A DNA stretch of 28,708 nucleotides, taken from the NCBI GenBank assembly GCA_964016885.1, contig CAXHJY010000606.1, positions 1-28,708 of the forward strand, in the 5' to 3' direction. This stretch comes from Eledone cirrhosa. Its lineage: Eukaryota. A program made the position numbers and the translations under genes. Position 1 is the stretch's first letter. Every line of letters starts with the position of its first letter. The notes below the pieces were generated by a model. That model made no database searches. It was not told the origin of the DNA and saw only the letters and a program-made list of their open reading frames with translations. Shown piece by piece: positions 1 to 12,420 of the stretch.

Positions 1-44
<44 letters not shown>

Positions 45-53
45 ATAAATATA

Positions 54-133
<80 letters not shown>

Positions 134-318
134 GATAAATCTACCAAGAGTTTACGGTAGTGTCCAATCCGTATGAAGAACTCAATGTATTCCGGATATC
201 ATGGAAAGAAGAAATGTAATGAAAAACCACTTTCGGTGAAAGATAAACGGTATACAGAGTCAAGATAAAATATTAAACAAATAATGAATAAACAATTCCT
301 TATATTAAATAAAAAAAG

Positions 319-472
319 TTCATTATTTAACGATCGTTTCTAGGGTATATATGTGTTATAATTGGTATGCATATTCAACAGATCTATGTACAAAATTATA
401 CAAAATTATACAAATTATCAAGATTAAAATACATACCCAACACATATATATGCCGTCTTCAGAAATAATGAA
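319..472 (-). ncRNA. Type I hammerhead ribozyme motif with about 115 nt stem II insert (PLE-1 3' end)
   Basis: Minus strand: TTCATTATTT-CTGAAGA-[115 nt]-GAAA-CGATCG-TT-AAATAATGAA; 10 bp stem I, palindromic stem III ACGATCGT, TATATATGTGTT/AACACATATATA pairing within stem II. Confidence 0.8.
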
Positions 473-1049
473 GTATATTTATTGATAATAACAACAATTC
501 AAAATTTCAGTTCAAAATTGACCAATGAAAACACAAAGGGTTAAAAGCAGTTCGGTGTGTGTATATACATGTAAAATCCTTACACATATTTTACATAAAT
601 GTATGTATAACTTGTATACGCATACTAAAAAGATGGATGCAAACACAAAATTTCAAGGTTAATATCTCTGTAAGCTTAAAATGCGCTGATAAGATGCGCA
701 TTGATACTTATGGAGTCAAGCATATAAATATATTTTTTCATACTCACACATATTAGTACAATTACACATACACGCGCGTATATGCATAAATATACACATA
801 ACCACGAACATACAAACACACACACACCCCCACTCACATTTATATATGTGGATATAAAATCATAAGCACATGGATATTAAATCACTCACATAAAACACTG
901 GCACACACATTTCAAGATCAAGATACAGAAATTAGGTGGGAGGGGGGGGAGGGGTCAGTATTCAATTGTCTGAGCAGACTGCCTAATATAAATGTATCTA
1001 TAAATTAAGAAAAATAAAAAAATAAAACAATAAAATATAATAAATATAA

Positions 1050-1288
1050 TATAATATACATACACATACAGATATATACACATACATACATGTACGCGCA
1101 CATAGAAATATTTACGCATACACACATACACACATACATATACAGTCATACACACACATACACTTACACGAACATACCCATACACATATATAAAGATATA
1201 TATATACACACACACACACACGCAACACATACACACATACACATATATATAAAAAATAAATAATAAAGATATATATCCATATATATAT

Positions 1289-1333
<45 letters not shown>

Positions 1334-1412
1334 CATACACATACATCTAAATATATATACACATACATACACACATACATGTACATACATGTACATACAT
1401 ATACGCACATCG

Positions 1413-1455
<43 letters not shown>

Positions 1456-1758
1456 CATAGACATATAGATACATACACACACAACTTACATACACACATA
1501 TATATATATAGATGTACATTCATACATAGAATTAGATATATAATCATACATACATATGCACCTACTTATACTCATATATATAAATACATACGCTTCCATA
1601 TATGCGTATATACATAAAAAACACTACAACCTCACCTAACTCAGACATACAAATAAAAATAATAATAAAAAGGCATATGTATATACATACACACACTCAT
1701 TAATAGAGATATATATATATACACACATACATACACATATATATATATACATATATAT

Positions 1759-1803
<45 letters not shown>

Positions 1804-1917
1804 TACACTCATACATATATATATATATATATATATAAACATATATATCCACACACTCATACGACCATAAATACACATACAAACACCCACATATATATAT
1901 ATATATATATACACACG

Positions 1918-1953
<36 letters not shown>

Positions 1954-2220
1954 TAAACAACAGACATGCACATATATATATATATATATTTTTTTACACT
2001 TATATATACACATATTATATACACATACACAACCTCACTTATACACATATACACATAAGTTATATTATAATAATAAAGAATAATATACATATATATATAT
2101 ACATATACATATATATATATATATATATACATACATAAATACACACATACGAATAAAGACATATATTCACACATAGACACCTATATATATATATATATAT
2201 ATCTATATATATATATACAC

Positions 2221-2255
<35 letters not shown>

Positions 2256-2650
2256 GACACATATACACACTCATATATATATATATATATGTGTATGTGT
2301 GTGTGCGCACACACACATATATACACACACACATACAAACACACACAAACACATACATACGCATACGTGCACACACACACACATATATCACATAGATACG
2401 AAGATAAACATATAAATAGAGAGACATACATATATATACAACACACATACACATACATACATACACACGCATATACATATACTTATATATATATACATAT
2501 ATATATTCCTATATATACAAGCATACACATACATACACATATATACACATACATACACATATACATACAACACATTCACATACACATACATATATAATGC
2601 ATATATATACATATATATACATACATATGTACACTCATATATACACACGC
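1050..2650. repeat. Mixed (TA)n/(CA)n/(TACA)n microsatellite region
   Basis: Directly visible low-complexity dinucleotide mosaic. Confidence 0.9.
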
Positions 2651-3379
2651 AATCTTACATTCATATTTGCATGCGCATATATGTATTTTTATATTTAGAT
2701 ATAAATACCCAAACCTATATAGACACCTACCTACATATATATTCATACATAGACGCTTACAAATACAGATGATAATAGTATGGGGGAAAAGGGGGGGTTT
2801 GGAGAAGGGGATCAAAGTAAATATATGTTTCAAGAAACATATAATATTTTCCGTATCTTTATTCAATGTATGTTCTTACATATTTTCAGTGCTAGGAAAT
2901 ACGACAAACAAGAACTAAGGCAAAATCTATGCATCTCAAAATAAATAAGTATACCATTAATCATATGTTAACTAAACCAAAGATAGTCAACATATTGATT
3001 TCTAAGGTGTAAATTAGTTAGGTTTATAATATTTGAAGCAGAATTTTGAAGTCAAACAGTAGTAGATTATTAATTACAGTATAACTAAATTAAAGTTAAT
3101 AACGTTATGGTATCAATATTAGGAAATGAATTTAGTAATAGGGAAAAGAAACCCAAATAAAAATAAAATAAAGTATTACATCAGTAGTAGCATATAAATT
3201 ATATGTTAACTAAATTAAAAATTATATATTTATTTCAATAGTATATGTTAATTAGGTATACAATACATAAAGCAGATATTGTATTTCATCAATAGCATAA
3301 TATAATTATATGCAAATAGAAATCAAAATTAATACGCATACATATACATATACATACACATACACATATACATACATAT

Positions 3380-3416
<37 letters not shown>

Positions 3417-3949
3417 TACACATATATACATACATACAGATACACATACACACACACACATACACATACACATATACATATACATATCTTTTTCAAAAAA
3501 TTGCACAGAATATATTAACTAGGTATATATCCAAAACACATCCCATTCTATGATTACATGACATTCTGCAATTCGTCTGTATAAGGATACTAATTTTAAG
3601 CAAATTAAAATTAAAATTTTTAGGTTGATTAAAACTAAAACCAAATAATAAATATATTTCCAAAATGTATATTAATTAGGTCTATAATACTAAAAATTGT
3701 TTCTCTGTCATTGGATACACGATATTATTTTGTTATATTTTATCTGTAAAAGAGTTATAATAAAAGGTTTAAATAAATTAAAATTAATCTATAAATTAAA
3801 TTACTAAGTATATATTAGTAATATTTAAAGGTTTTTCACAATTTATGATTACATAATGTTTTATATTCTCATCTGTAATAAAATATTAATTAAATTAAAT
3901 TTATAGGTTAACTAACATTTAAATTAAATTAATTTCTAGAATAATGTTA

Positions 3950-5789
3950 TTAATTAGGTTTATAATATTTAAATGTTTTTTTTAGTTTATGATTACACGA
4001 TATAATTAATTCCTGTCGTTTATTTAATAAGATATCCCTAGACTTCATTATTTCAAATAGTTCTTGGGAACATAATCTACATTCCTTTCTATTATTTTGA
4101 TAAGGGGTGGCTCTTTTGAGCACACTCCAGGTCAAATCATATTTTATATTCTTATTTTTATAACTATTGATTTTTTCTGCTAGAGATGTTGTATTAGCCA
4201 GTGCGGCATTTTTAAAACTATGCTTGTGGGTATTAAACCTTGTCTTAAAATTGTTAGAGGTAGCTCCTATATATGAGCAAATAGAATCTTTAGTTTTAAC
4301 ATTACATTTATAGACTATGTTGTTAACAAGACAATTCCCTTTTAATGGGCAGTTTGCTTTGTTTCTACAGTTACATCCTTTCGTTAATTCTGTATTTGAG
4401 GAGATATTATGGTTAATTTGATGTACTGGTGGTATACTTATGGTTTTCTTACATTTATATGCATTATATGCACTTATATTTTGTTTTATGTTATTTGTTG
4501 TAGAGTATGAGAATTTAACTGTAGACCTATTTAAGATTTGATGGTATTTGTGGTTTGGCGGGAAGTTTTTCTCAAGGATATAAAAAAATTTTTTAGCAAT
4601 ATTATCCTTAACTTGTAAATTAAAAGGAGCATTATACCAAGTAACTCGTCTATTACGGTTTCTATGTTGTTTATTATTTTTATTATTTTTATAGGTTGTA
4701 TCGTGATTTTTACTAGGAGGATTAATGTTAATGATCTCACCACAACTATTTTTAGTTATATTTGTAGATTTAGGTGTTTTATCTTTTTTATTAGGAGTTT
4801 TATTATTAATATTTATTATAGTTGTATGATGAGTAGTTTTTTGAGGGTTACTATACTTTATATTAGAAGATTTAGTATTTTGGGGTATATTGTGGGTGGC
4901 ATTTAGGTGTGTACTTTTCATTTGGTGTTTGTTGGTAATATTATGCTGTATGCTTTCAGTATTTTTAGTAGAAGGTATATACTCTAATCTATTTTTGTGG
5001 CCACTTCTATCTAGAGCTTCATTATAAAAGGTCGCATTTTTATCAAATACATCTTGGTTAGAAGAAAGGTTAGAAATTCTAAGTGATATATTATATGCAA
5101 GGTTTTTAAGGATAGATTTAGGGTGATTAGATTGTGAGTGTATGTAATGTAAGTTTTGGTTAGGTTTATGGTAAGGTTGGTAGATACCCGTAGCTAAATC
5201 TAAAGTTATATCTAGGAAATTTACTACTTTACTTGTTTTTTCAAAAGTAATATTAAGATTATAATAGTCTTTAAGGAAAGTTCTAATATGTTTTTTGTTT
5301 TTTTCGATTTCTGAAAGGCTAAGGTTGTTAGAAAGAAGAAGATAGTCATCACGATATAAACCACCTTTGAGGTGGGGAAAAGAGGCATTTATGTTGAAAA
5401 GGAGAAAGAGGCCCACAAGATCAGTAATTTGGGCGGAATCGCTTGAACCCATAGTAATATCAAAAAGATTACTGTATGTGTTTCTGGTCCAGTATTCATT
5501 CTGAAATTCAATAAGTGTTAGTCTAGCATGTGTAATAATGTTAATGTCATCCGAAGTTAAGTTAGATCTATTTTTAGCAAATATCAATGCTTTGTTCAGG
5601 AGTATAGGTGATATAGAAGAATAGTAATTATCTATATCAAATTGTAGGAAAGAAGCAGAAGATTTACACCTAATATTTTTAAACCAGTTAATTACCTGGG
5701 AGGTGTTTTCCCAGAGTGGTAAAATAACGTGTTTTCTTATTTGTGGGATGACTCTATCTAAAAATTTTTTTGCTAATTATTCCAATATC
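3950..5789 (-). CDS. PLE reverse transcriptase / GIY-YIG endonuclease, N-terminally truncated
   Basis: The frame stays open upstream of the listed 5587 start (LDRVIPQIRK...LWENTSQVINWF...FLQFDIDNYYSSIS). RT motifs FDIDNYYSSI, ITMGSSDSAQITDLVG, LYRDD; linker CNCRNKANCPLKGNCL; IVYKC...SYIGATSNNFKTRFNTH; C-terminal CRLC...SCNH. One-base shift in the A/T run at about 5760-5771 separates DIGIISKK from the rest. Confidence 0.92.
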
Positions 5790-5826
5790 TTGTTGTTATT
5801 ATTTTTTTGCTAATTATTCCAATATC

Positions 5827-6056
5827 TTGTTGTTATTATCAATAAATATACTTCATTATTTCTGAAGACGGCATATATATGTGTTGGGTATGTATTTTAA
5901 TCTTGATAATTTGTATAATTTTGTATAATTTTGTACATAGATCTGTTGAATATGCATACCAATTATAACACATATATACCCTAGAAACGATCGTTAAATA
6001 ATGAACTTTTTTTATTTAATATAAGGAATTGTTTATTCATTATTTGTTTAATATTT

Positions 6057-6059
<3 letters not shown>
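5827..6059 (+). repeat. Inverted pLTR copy of PLE-1 3' region (reverse complement of 265-497)
   Basis: Base-by-base reverse-complement match over about 233 bp with no mismatch noticed. Confidence 0.93.
5852..6005 (+). ncRNA. Hammerhead ribozyme motif, inverted copy of 319-472
   Basis: CTGAAGA at 5862-5868, GAAA at 5984-5987, ACGATCGT palindrome, stem I TTCATTATTT/AAATAATGAA. Confidence 0.8.
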
Positions 6060-6121
<62 letters not shown>

Positions 6122-6132
6122 AAATACATATT

Positions 6133-6353
<221 letters not shown>

Positions 6354-6574
6354 TGTTATATTTGGGGAGGGTCATATTTGCGTAATATTGCCAGAATTAA
6401 TAACAGAACACACTCACTGTTTGGTTGGTTTTCGCTTCTCGCTGTCTTTTATATATATATATCTGCGATCTAACATACTCGGTCCTCAATGATGCCATTG
6501 ACTGACCGGCGGTCAAAAATAATACAGATACAATATAGACAAACACACATATATATAGTTTACATAATTTACAT

Positions 6575-6613
6575 AAATCTTTCGTTGCACATCTGCAACA
6601 TCGTCAGTGGTGT
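6575..6613 (-). ncRNA. Partial or degenerate hammerhead motif in PLE-2 3' UTR
   Basis: Minus strand CTGACGA-T-GTTGCA-GATG-TGCAAC-GAAA has both core boxes and a perfect 6 bp stem II, but I could not build convincing stems I and III. Confidence 0.5.
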
Positions 6614-6884
6614 TATATTCATTGTTCCTCCTGTTGTGTTGTATGTCTACGCCATTTTTTTTTGTTCAGCCTGTCTATATATTTATTTATTTATTTGCTT
6701 GTTTGTTTATCTTATTTTATTTTGTCTTCTTTGCGCATGCGTTTGCGTGTGTGTATAGTGTTATGTGTGATGTGTGACTAGTGTGTATAGTGTTGTGTCT
6801 GCTGGGTGACTAGTGCGTGTTTATGTGCTTGTGTATGTATTTATTTATCTTATTTTATTTATTTAATTTAATTTACTTATTTAT

Positions 6885-7443
6885 TTATACTTCTCTTAGG
6901 TCAGTGTTGTTTGTTTGGGTGTTGTTGTTGTTCCACTCATTCTTTCTGTTTCGCTTTGGTCTTCTAATTTCTATTTCACTGGCCTCTCTGATTTGCCTAT
7001 CTGCTGGGTCATTCCTATGTTTAGATATTATTCTAATTTCTATGTTGTCTATGTTACCGTCATGTTGTTGTCTAGCATGTTCGTATAGTACCGACCCGTT
7101 TTTTCGTCCTTTTAGTTCCCCCCAGTGTTGGTCTATCCTTTCACCTATGCTACGAGCTGTCTCACCTATGTATGTTGTTGTCGTGTTTCTGCAAGTACCC
7201 TCTGTACATCTTATGCTATAGACTACGTTTCTAGTTTTACAGTTTATCCGGGGGTTCACCTTACATATGATACATTTCCTATTGGTACAGTGGGTTTTCT
7301 TAGAAGGGTAGGTTTTGCTGATCAGGGATTTTATGGTGGTTCCTGGCTTTTCTACCACCTTTATTTTTAAGTGGGTCTTTCTCAGGGCCTTTCTACACTG
7401 GTTAGCTAATTTCCCTCCAGGGGTGGCGTCCACAAACATGACA

Positions 7444-7445
<2 letters not shown>
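6885..7445 (-). pseudogene. PLE thumb/linker + GIY-YIG endonuclease fragment
   Basis: [14 protein letters not shown]...IKVVEKPG, Cys-rich linker CTNRKCIIC...C, NVVYSIRC...[24 protein letters not shown]...NRKNEW. No RT core; truncated into (TA)n. Confidence 0.87.
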
Positions 7446-7522
<77 letters not shown>

Positions 7523-7531
7523 TTATATATA

Positions 7532-8225
<694 letters not shown>

Positions 8226-8323
8226 ATAAAATATATTTACATACTCACAACCACATACAAAAACACTTACACACACATATATATACACAGACATATATTT
8301 AAACACTTACATACACATATATA

Positions 8324-8383
<60 letters not shown>

Positions 8384-8414
8384 CACACCTACACATTCAC
8401 ACACATATACATAC

Positions 8415-8471
<57 letters not shown>

Positions 8472-8665
8472 TATGTGTGCGTATACACATACACACACAC
8501 ACATACATATACACACACACACACATACATACATACACATATATACAAATATACACAAGAAAAACACAAACACACAAATATACACACACACACGCATACA
8601 CATACACACACATATATATCTACACATACACACGTGCGCATACACATACATATATATATATATGT

Positions 8666-10421
8666 ATAACTGACCTGGTTGGGATATACCTCCTACATAA
8701 GCTTAGGGAAGAAATACCGGCCCTACAAGGAGATGTATATAGGGACGTCGCCCTGTTTACCGTTAGGAACCATAGCCCCCGTAGGATAGAGAACTTTAAC
8801 AAACATATACACAGGTTCTTTAAGCCATACGGCCTATCCGTAACTATGGACCTCAACCACAGGGTTGTCAACTTCCTGGACGTGACCCTGGAGCTGAGTA
8901 CGGGCTTATACAAGCCATACCATAAGCCTGGAGAGTGCCTCTCTTATATTAATTATGCCTCCAACCACCCTAAGCAGACTCTCAACTCCATAGTCTATAG
9001 TATCTCACATAGAATCTCGAGGCTATCCGCCAATGAGGATATCTTCAACCAAGCGGCTGATTACTACAATAGGGCCCTGATAAGCGCCGGCTTTAACCGA
9101 GGAATTTCCTACATCCCTAACGCTAGCTCTAGAAACCACCCCCCTCATAAAACTAACGTTATAGTAAGCCATACCTATAACCGATCACGCGGCGACCTCG
9201 TTAAAGTTGGATATAATAGAATAGATAACCGCACCAAAGATCACGTCCCCGGCGACGGTGAATACTGTAGATTACTCAAACTATTCCCCTATTACAAAAC
9301 CAACAAAGGCGACGGCCTACTACCAACGCCTTCCAACCAACATCTTCATGTACATAAACATGGAAGAGGTAGAAAGAGTGCACCCGAGCATAAAGTGAAA
9401 GGGGCACCGAACGGGCGACAGCGCATTAACACACATAAGAGCGATCACTTAGATGGAACCACCCGTAGCAAAAGTACAAGGACACGTAATCGCCACCGTA
9501 ACGTCCTATGGTTCCACCCCCCCCTACTCTTGAAGTGTGGCCTCCAACATACCCCGGATATTCTTCGAAGCCTTAGAGAAGAACTTCCCACCCAACCATA
9601 GGTATAGAAACATTCTTAATAGGAACAATATAAAAATATCCTTCTCTACTACTCCTAACCTAGCAGACATCATAGGAACAACGAACCACAGTAAGATCAC
9701 CAAGACACAGCACCTCGACACAGACGCACCTACACCTGACAATAACTATATCGGCCTTAACAACTCCCTGACAGCATCCAATAGTGTTGGCAACGGCATC
9801 CGCAGACGCAACCAGAATGACCGCGAAGTGACTGGGGAACATGCAGAACATGACGTGCGGAATAACAATCGCACCATCCCGCGTGCTGTGGGTTGTAATT
9901 GTGCTAACGACAGCTGCGGTAGCGTAGGTAGCAACGTAGGCAGCAACAATGATAGCCTTACCGTGGGAAATAGAAGGAACCGCGACAGAAATTGCAACTA
10001 CCGCGACAGAGGACGCTGCCCCCTTAGAGGATACTGCTTGACTGATAGGGTTATATATAGATGCACTATTACTAGCCACAATAGCGTTAAACATTATATA
10101 GGGGCCACCTCCGGCCCGTTCAAAATTAGGTTTCGAACACATCTCCACTCTTTCACAAATAGAAAACTAAGGCACTCCACTTCGCTAGCGAACTACATCA
10201 CATCACTAAAGGACTTAAACATCAGCTTCTCCACGCACTGGGAGATTGTCGGCAGGGCTGCACCGTACAACTTCAAGAGGAAATGCGATCTTTGCCTCAT
10301 GGAGCTCTACCACATCATAACTGCACCCCACGAGCTCATCAACAGCAGAGCCGAAACAGCGATAAGTTGTACACATCGCTTAAAAATATCCTTCTTTAGA
10401 TGGGTTAAGAATGAAGAGTGA
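8666..10421 (+). pseudogene. PLE RT / GIY-YIG pseudogene
   Basis: ITDLVGIYLL, VYRDV (catalytic DD changed to DV at 8744-8749), VVNFLDVTLEL, YKPYHKP, SNHP; frameshift in C8 run 9517-9524 and TGA at 9531-9533; CPLRGYCL, VIYRC...HYIGATSGPFKIRF, CDLC...SCTH. Colinear with the PLE-1 protein. Confidence 0.9.
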
Positions 10422-10714
10422 AATAGTACACTGGATCTCCCTGCAACAAGTCTTAACACCCCGGCGGGCAGGCGCAGCAAAATAACACCCAGAAAACAAT
10501 CCTTGCATACCAGACCCAGCCTCGGACAAACGGATGCGGCAAAAAAAAAAAAAAAAAAAAATGATCCGGGAAAGACTGCCCTAACACCGGCCAGAGTTAC
10601 CTCCCTTGACCTGCTGCAAAATCAAAACAAGATATTTTTGCGAGCAATGAATCTTGATGTAGATTTAACCCCCAAAACTCTTTCCGAACTATATAGGGAA
10701 CACTTGTGATTATT

Positions 10715-10758
10715 TATGCCCTTGAGAAGCCCAACTGGGCGAAACGTACGTAGGTGAT
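10715..10758 (+). ncRNA. Minimal hammerhead-like motif with variant core
   Basis: TGCC-CTTGAGAA-GCCCA-AC-TGGGC-GAAA-CGTACG-TA-GGTG: stem II GCCCA/TGGGC, palindrome ACGTACGT, GUA site; first box deviates from CTGANGA. Confidence 0.68.
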
Positions 10759-11379
10759 ATTTTAAATAAACATGTTTTAACGGTCTATTCTCCAAATTTT
10801 TACTTTCCCACGTGCTTACGCTCTGCTAACTCTCTAGCACACTAAATATTAACACTTCGAATATTTAATACTGCCGGCACTAGTATCGAGCACCTTTGGC
10901 ATACGCTACTTGGCAAATAACTATATGTATCACCTATCCCTCCTTTTTCTCTCTTTCTCGATACGTAAATACTATATACATATATATATATATATATATA
11001 ATTATATATATATATATATATATACGCACCTACGTGTACGTATGTCACTCTCGTGTAAACTATACTATACATACACATACATACATACATATGCACACAC
11101 ATACATACACATACATACACACACACACACACACACAAACACATACATTCACACATATATATACATATATACACATACACACACACATACATATAAAATC
11201 TCATATATATATAGATATATATACATATACAGTATTTTCCGTTGTGTTGTAATATAAATATTACACACAGTAGATTGACAGCTCACGTAGAGTTTGCTCG
11301 ACGGTTCCAGTTGTAGTTCCAAAAGTAATCCGGAGAAAAATAGAAAGATTTGAATGGATACAGTTTAGTTGAAAGGAAT

Positions 11380-11498
11380 TTATTGACACGTGTTTCTATA
11401 AGTTACATAACCTGAAAACAGCTGCGATCTACAAAGTATTAGTTATGCAGACATTCAATATTTCAATGTTATTATCTACTGTCATTTCATCAGAATAA
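11380..11498 (-). ncRNA. Type I hammerhead motif with about 90 nt stem II insert
   Basis: Minus strand TTATT-CTGATGA-[90 nt]-GAAA-CACGTG-TC-AATAA: canonical boxes, palindrome ACACGTGT, GUC site. Confidence 0.78.
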
Positions 11499-12020
11499 TA
11501 TTACTGAGGACCTATTTGGTTTTTATAGAGAATATTAGGAGGGAGAGGTGAAGTTGTTAGAAGAATAGTTGAGGGAGTGGTCTTTTGATAGCAGTGAGAA
11601 TTTTTGGTGGCAGTGAGTAATTAGATTCCCATCTGTTGTTTTGACATTTTTATAGAATATATTATTGGTTATTTTTCTAAATCTATAGAAGGATTAGAGA
11701 TAGTAAAGATTCGCGTGGTTGGTTTTGTGTTTGCACTTAATTAACATTCAGACTTAAATTTTTCTTTCAAGTGTACTATCCTTTCGCCCACGCATTCACA
11801 CACAAACATATTTGCACACCTCTACAAAATACATATACTCACATTCACATAGTAACATGTTCATACTTACATACATATACACATGCATACATATATATAT
11901 ACACACATGTATTCATGTACATACATACGCGTTCATGTGTATACATTTTCATACTCAACTTATCTTTGTATACACACGTATAGACACACACATATATACA
12001 TACATACTCTAGTCTATGTG

Positions 12021-12140
<120 letters not shown>

Positions 12141-12420
12141 GGCACTTTAATACATGAATACACTTTCATCTAACTATACACATCAAACATATATATATAT
12201 TTACTTATTTATATACATTTTCACATATATATACATACTTATGGTCGCTTTTAGACACATTCATTATCGCATATTTGCACCTATTCTCATCAGCATATCT
12301 TTCCATTATTAGTGTGGTAATTTAAGGTTATTAATATACATATATATATGTTGAGAAGAGATTGTTTTTATATTTTTCTAACTAGATTGAGGTTTATATA
12401 GTTGGGGGGATGTCCCTCTT

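Larger units (their letters stand above)
131..6059 (-). mobile_element. Naiad-type Penelope-like retroelement (PLE-1), 5'-truncated, with long 3' region and inverted pLTR copy at its 5' side
   Basis: RT + GIY-YIG ORF at 3950-5789 (-); HHR at 319-472 (-); 5827-6059 is the reverse complement of 265-497, linking both ends; both ends abut (TA)n. Confidence 0.88.
6463..7446 (-). mobile_element. Neptune-like Penelope-like element, 3' fragment (PLE-2)
   Basis: GIY-YIG ORF fragment plus 3' UTR with HHR core boxes; flanked by (TA)n at 6449-6462 and from 7447. The 3' end could extend to about 6352. Confidence 0.8.
8666..10840 (+). mobile_element. Naiad-type Penelope-like element, 5'-truncated and degraded (PLE-3)
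   Basis: RT C-terminal half + GIY-YIG, 3' UTR with variant HHR at 10715-10758; starts directly after microsatellite; 3' boundary uncertain (10840-10970). Confidence 0.85.

Noticed and set aside
150-215. SECIS-like ATGA...GA arrangement at the PLE-1 3' end
   Set aside because: Helix geometry does not fit, and the retained PLE-1 ORF has no in-frame TGA.
3225-3300. TTGATGA...GAAA on the minus strand as another hammerhead
   Set aside because: No stem I complement and no palindromic stem III; expected by chance in AT-rich DNA.
8369-8665. Apparent N-terminus of the 410 aa ORF (and likewise 13311-13511 of the 273 aa ORF)
   Set aside because: Microsatellite fortuitously in frame; PLE homology starts at 8666 and 13310 respectively.
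9660-10148. Antisense and alternative-frame ORFs over the retroelements (also 4664-4906, 6817-7221, 12841-13236, 24179-24499)
   Set aside because: Shadow ORFs of the retroelement coding strands with no recognisable motifs.
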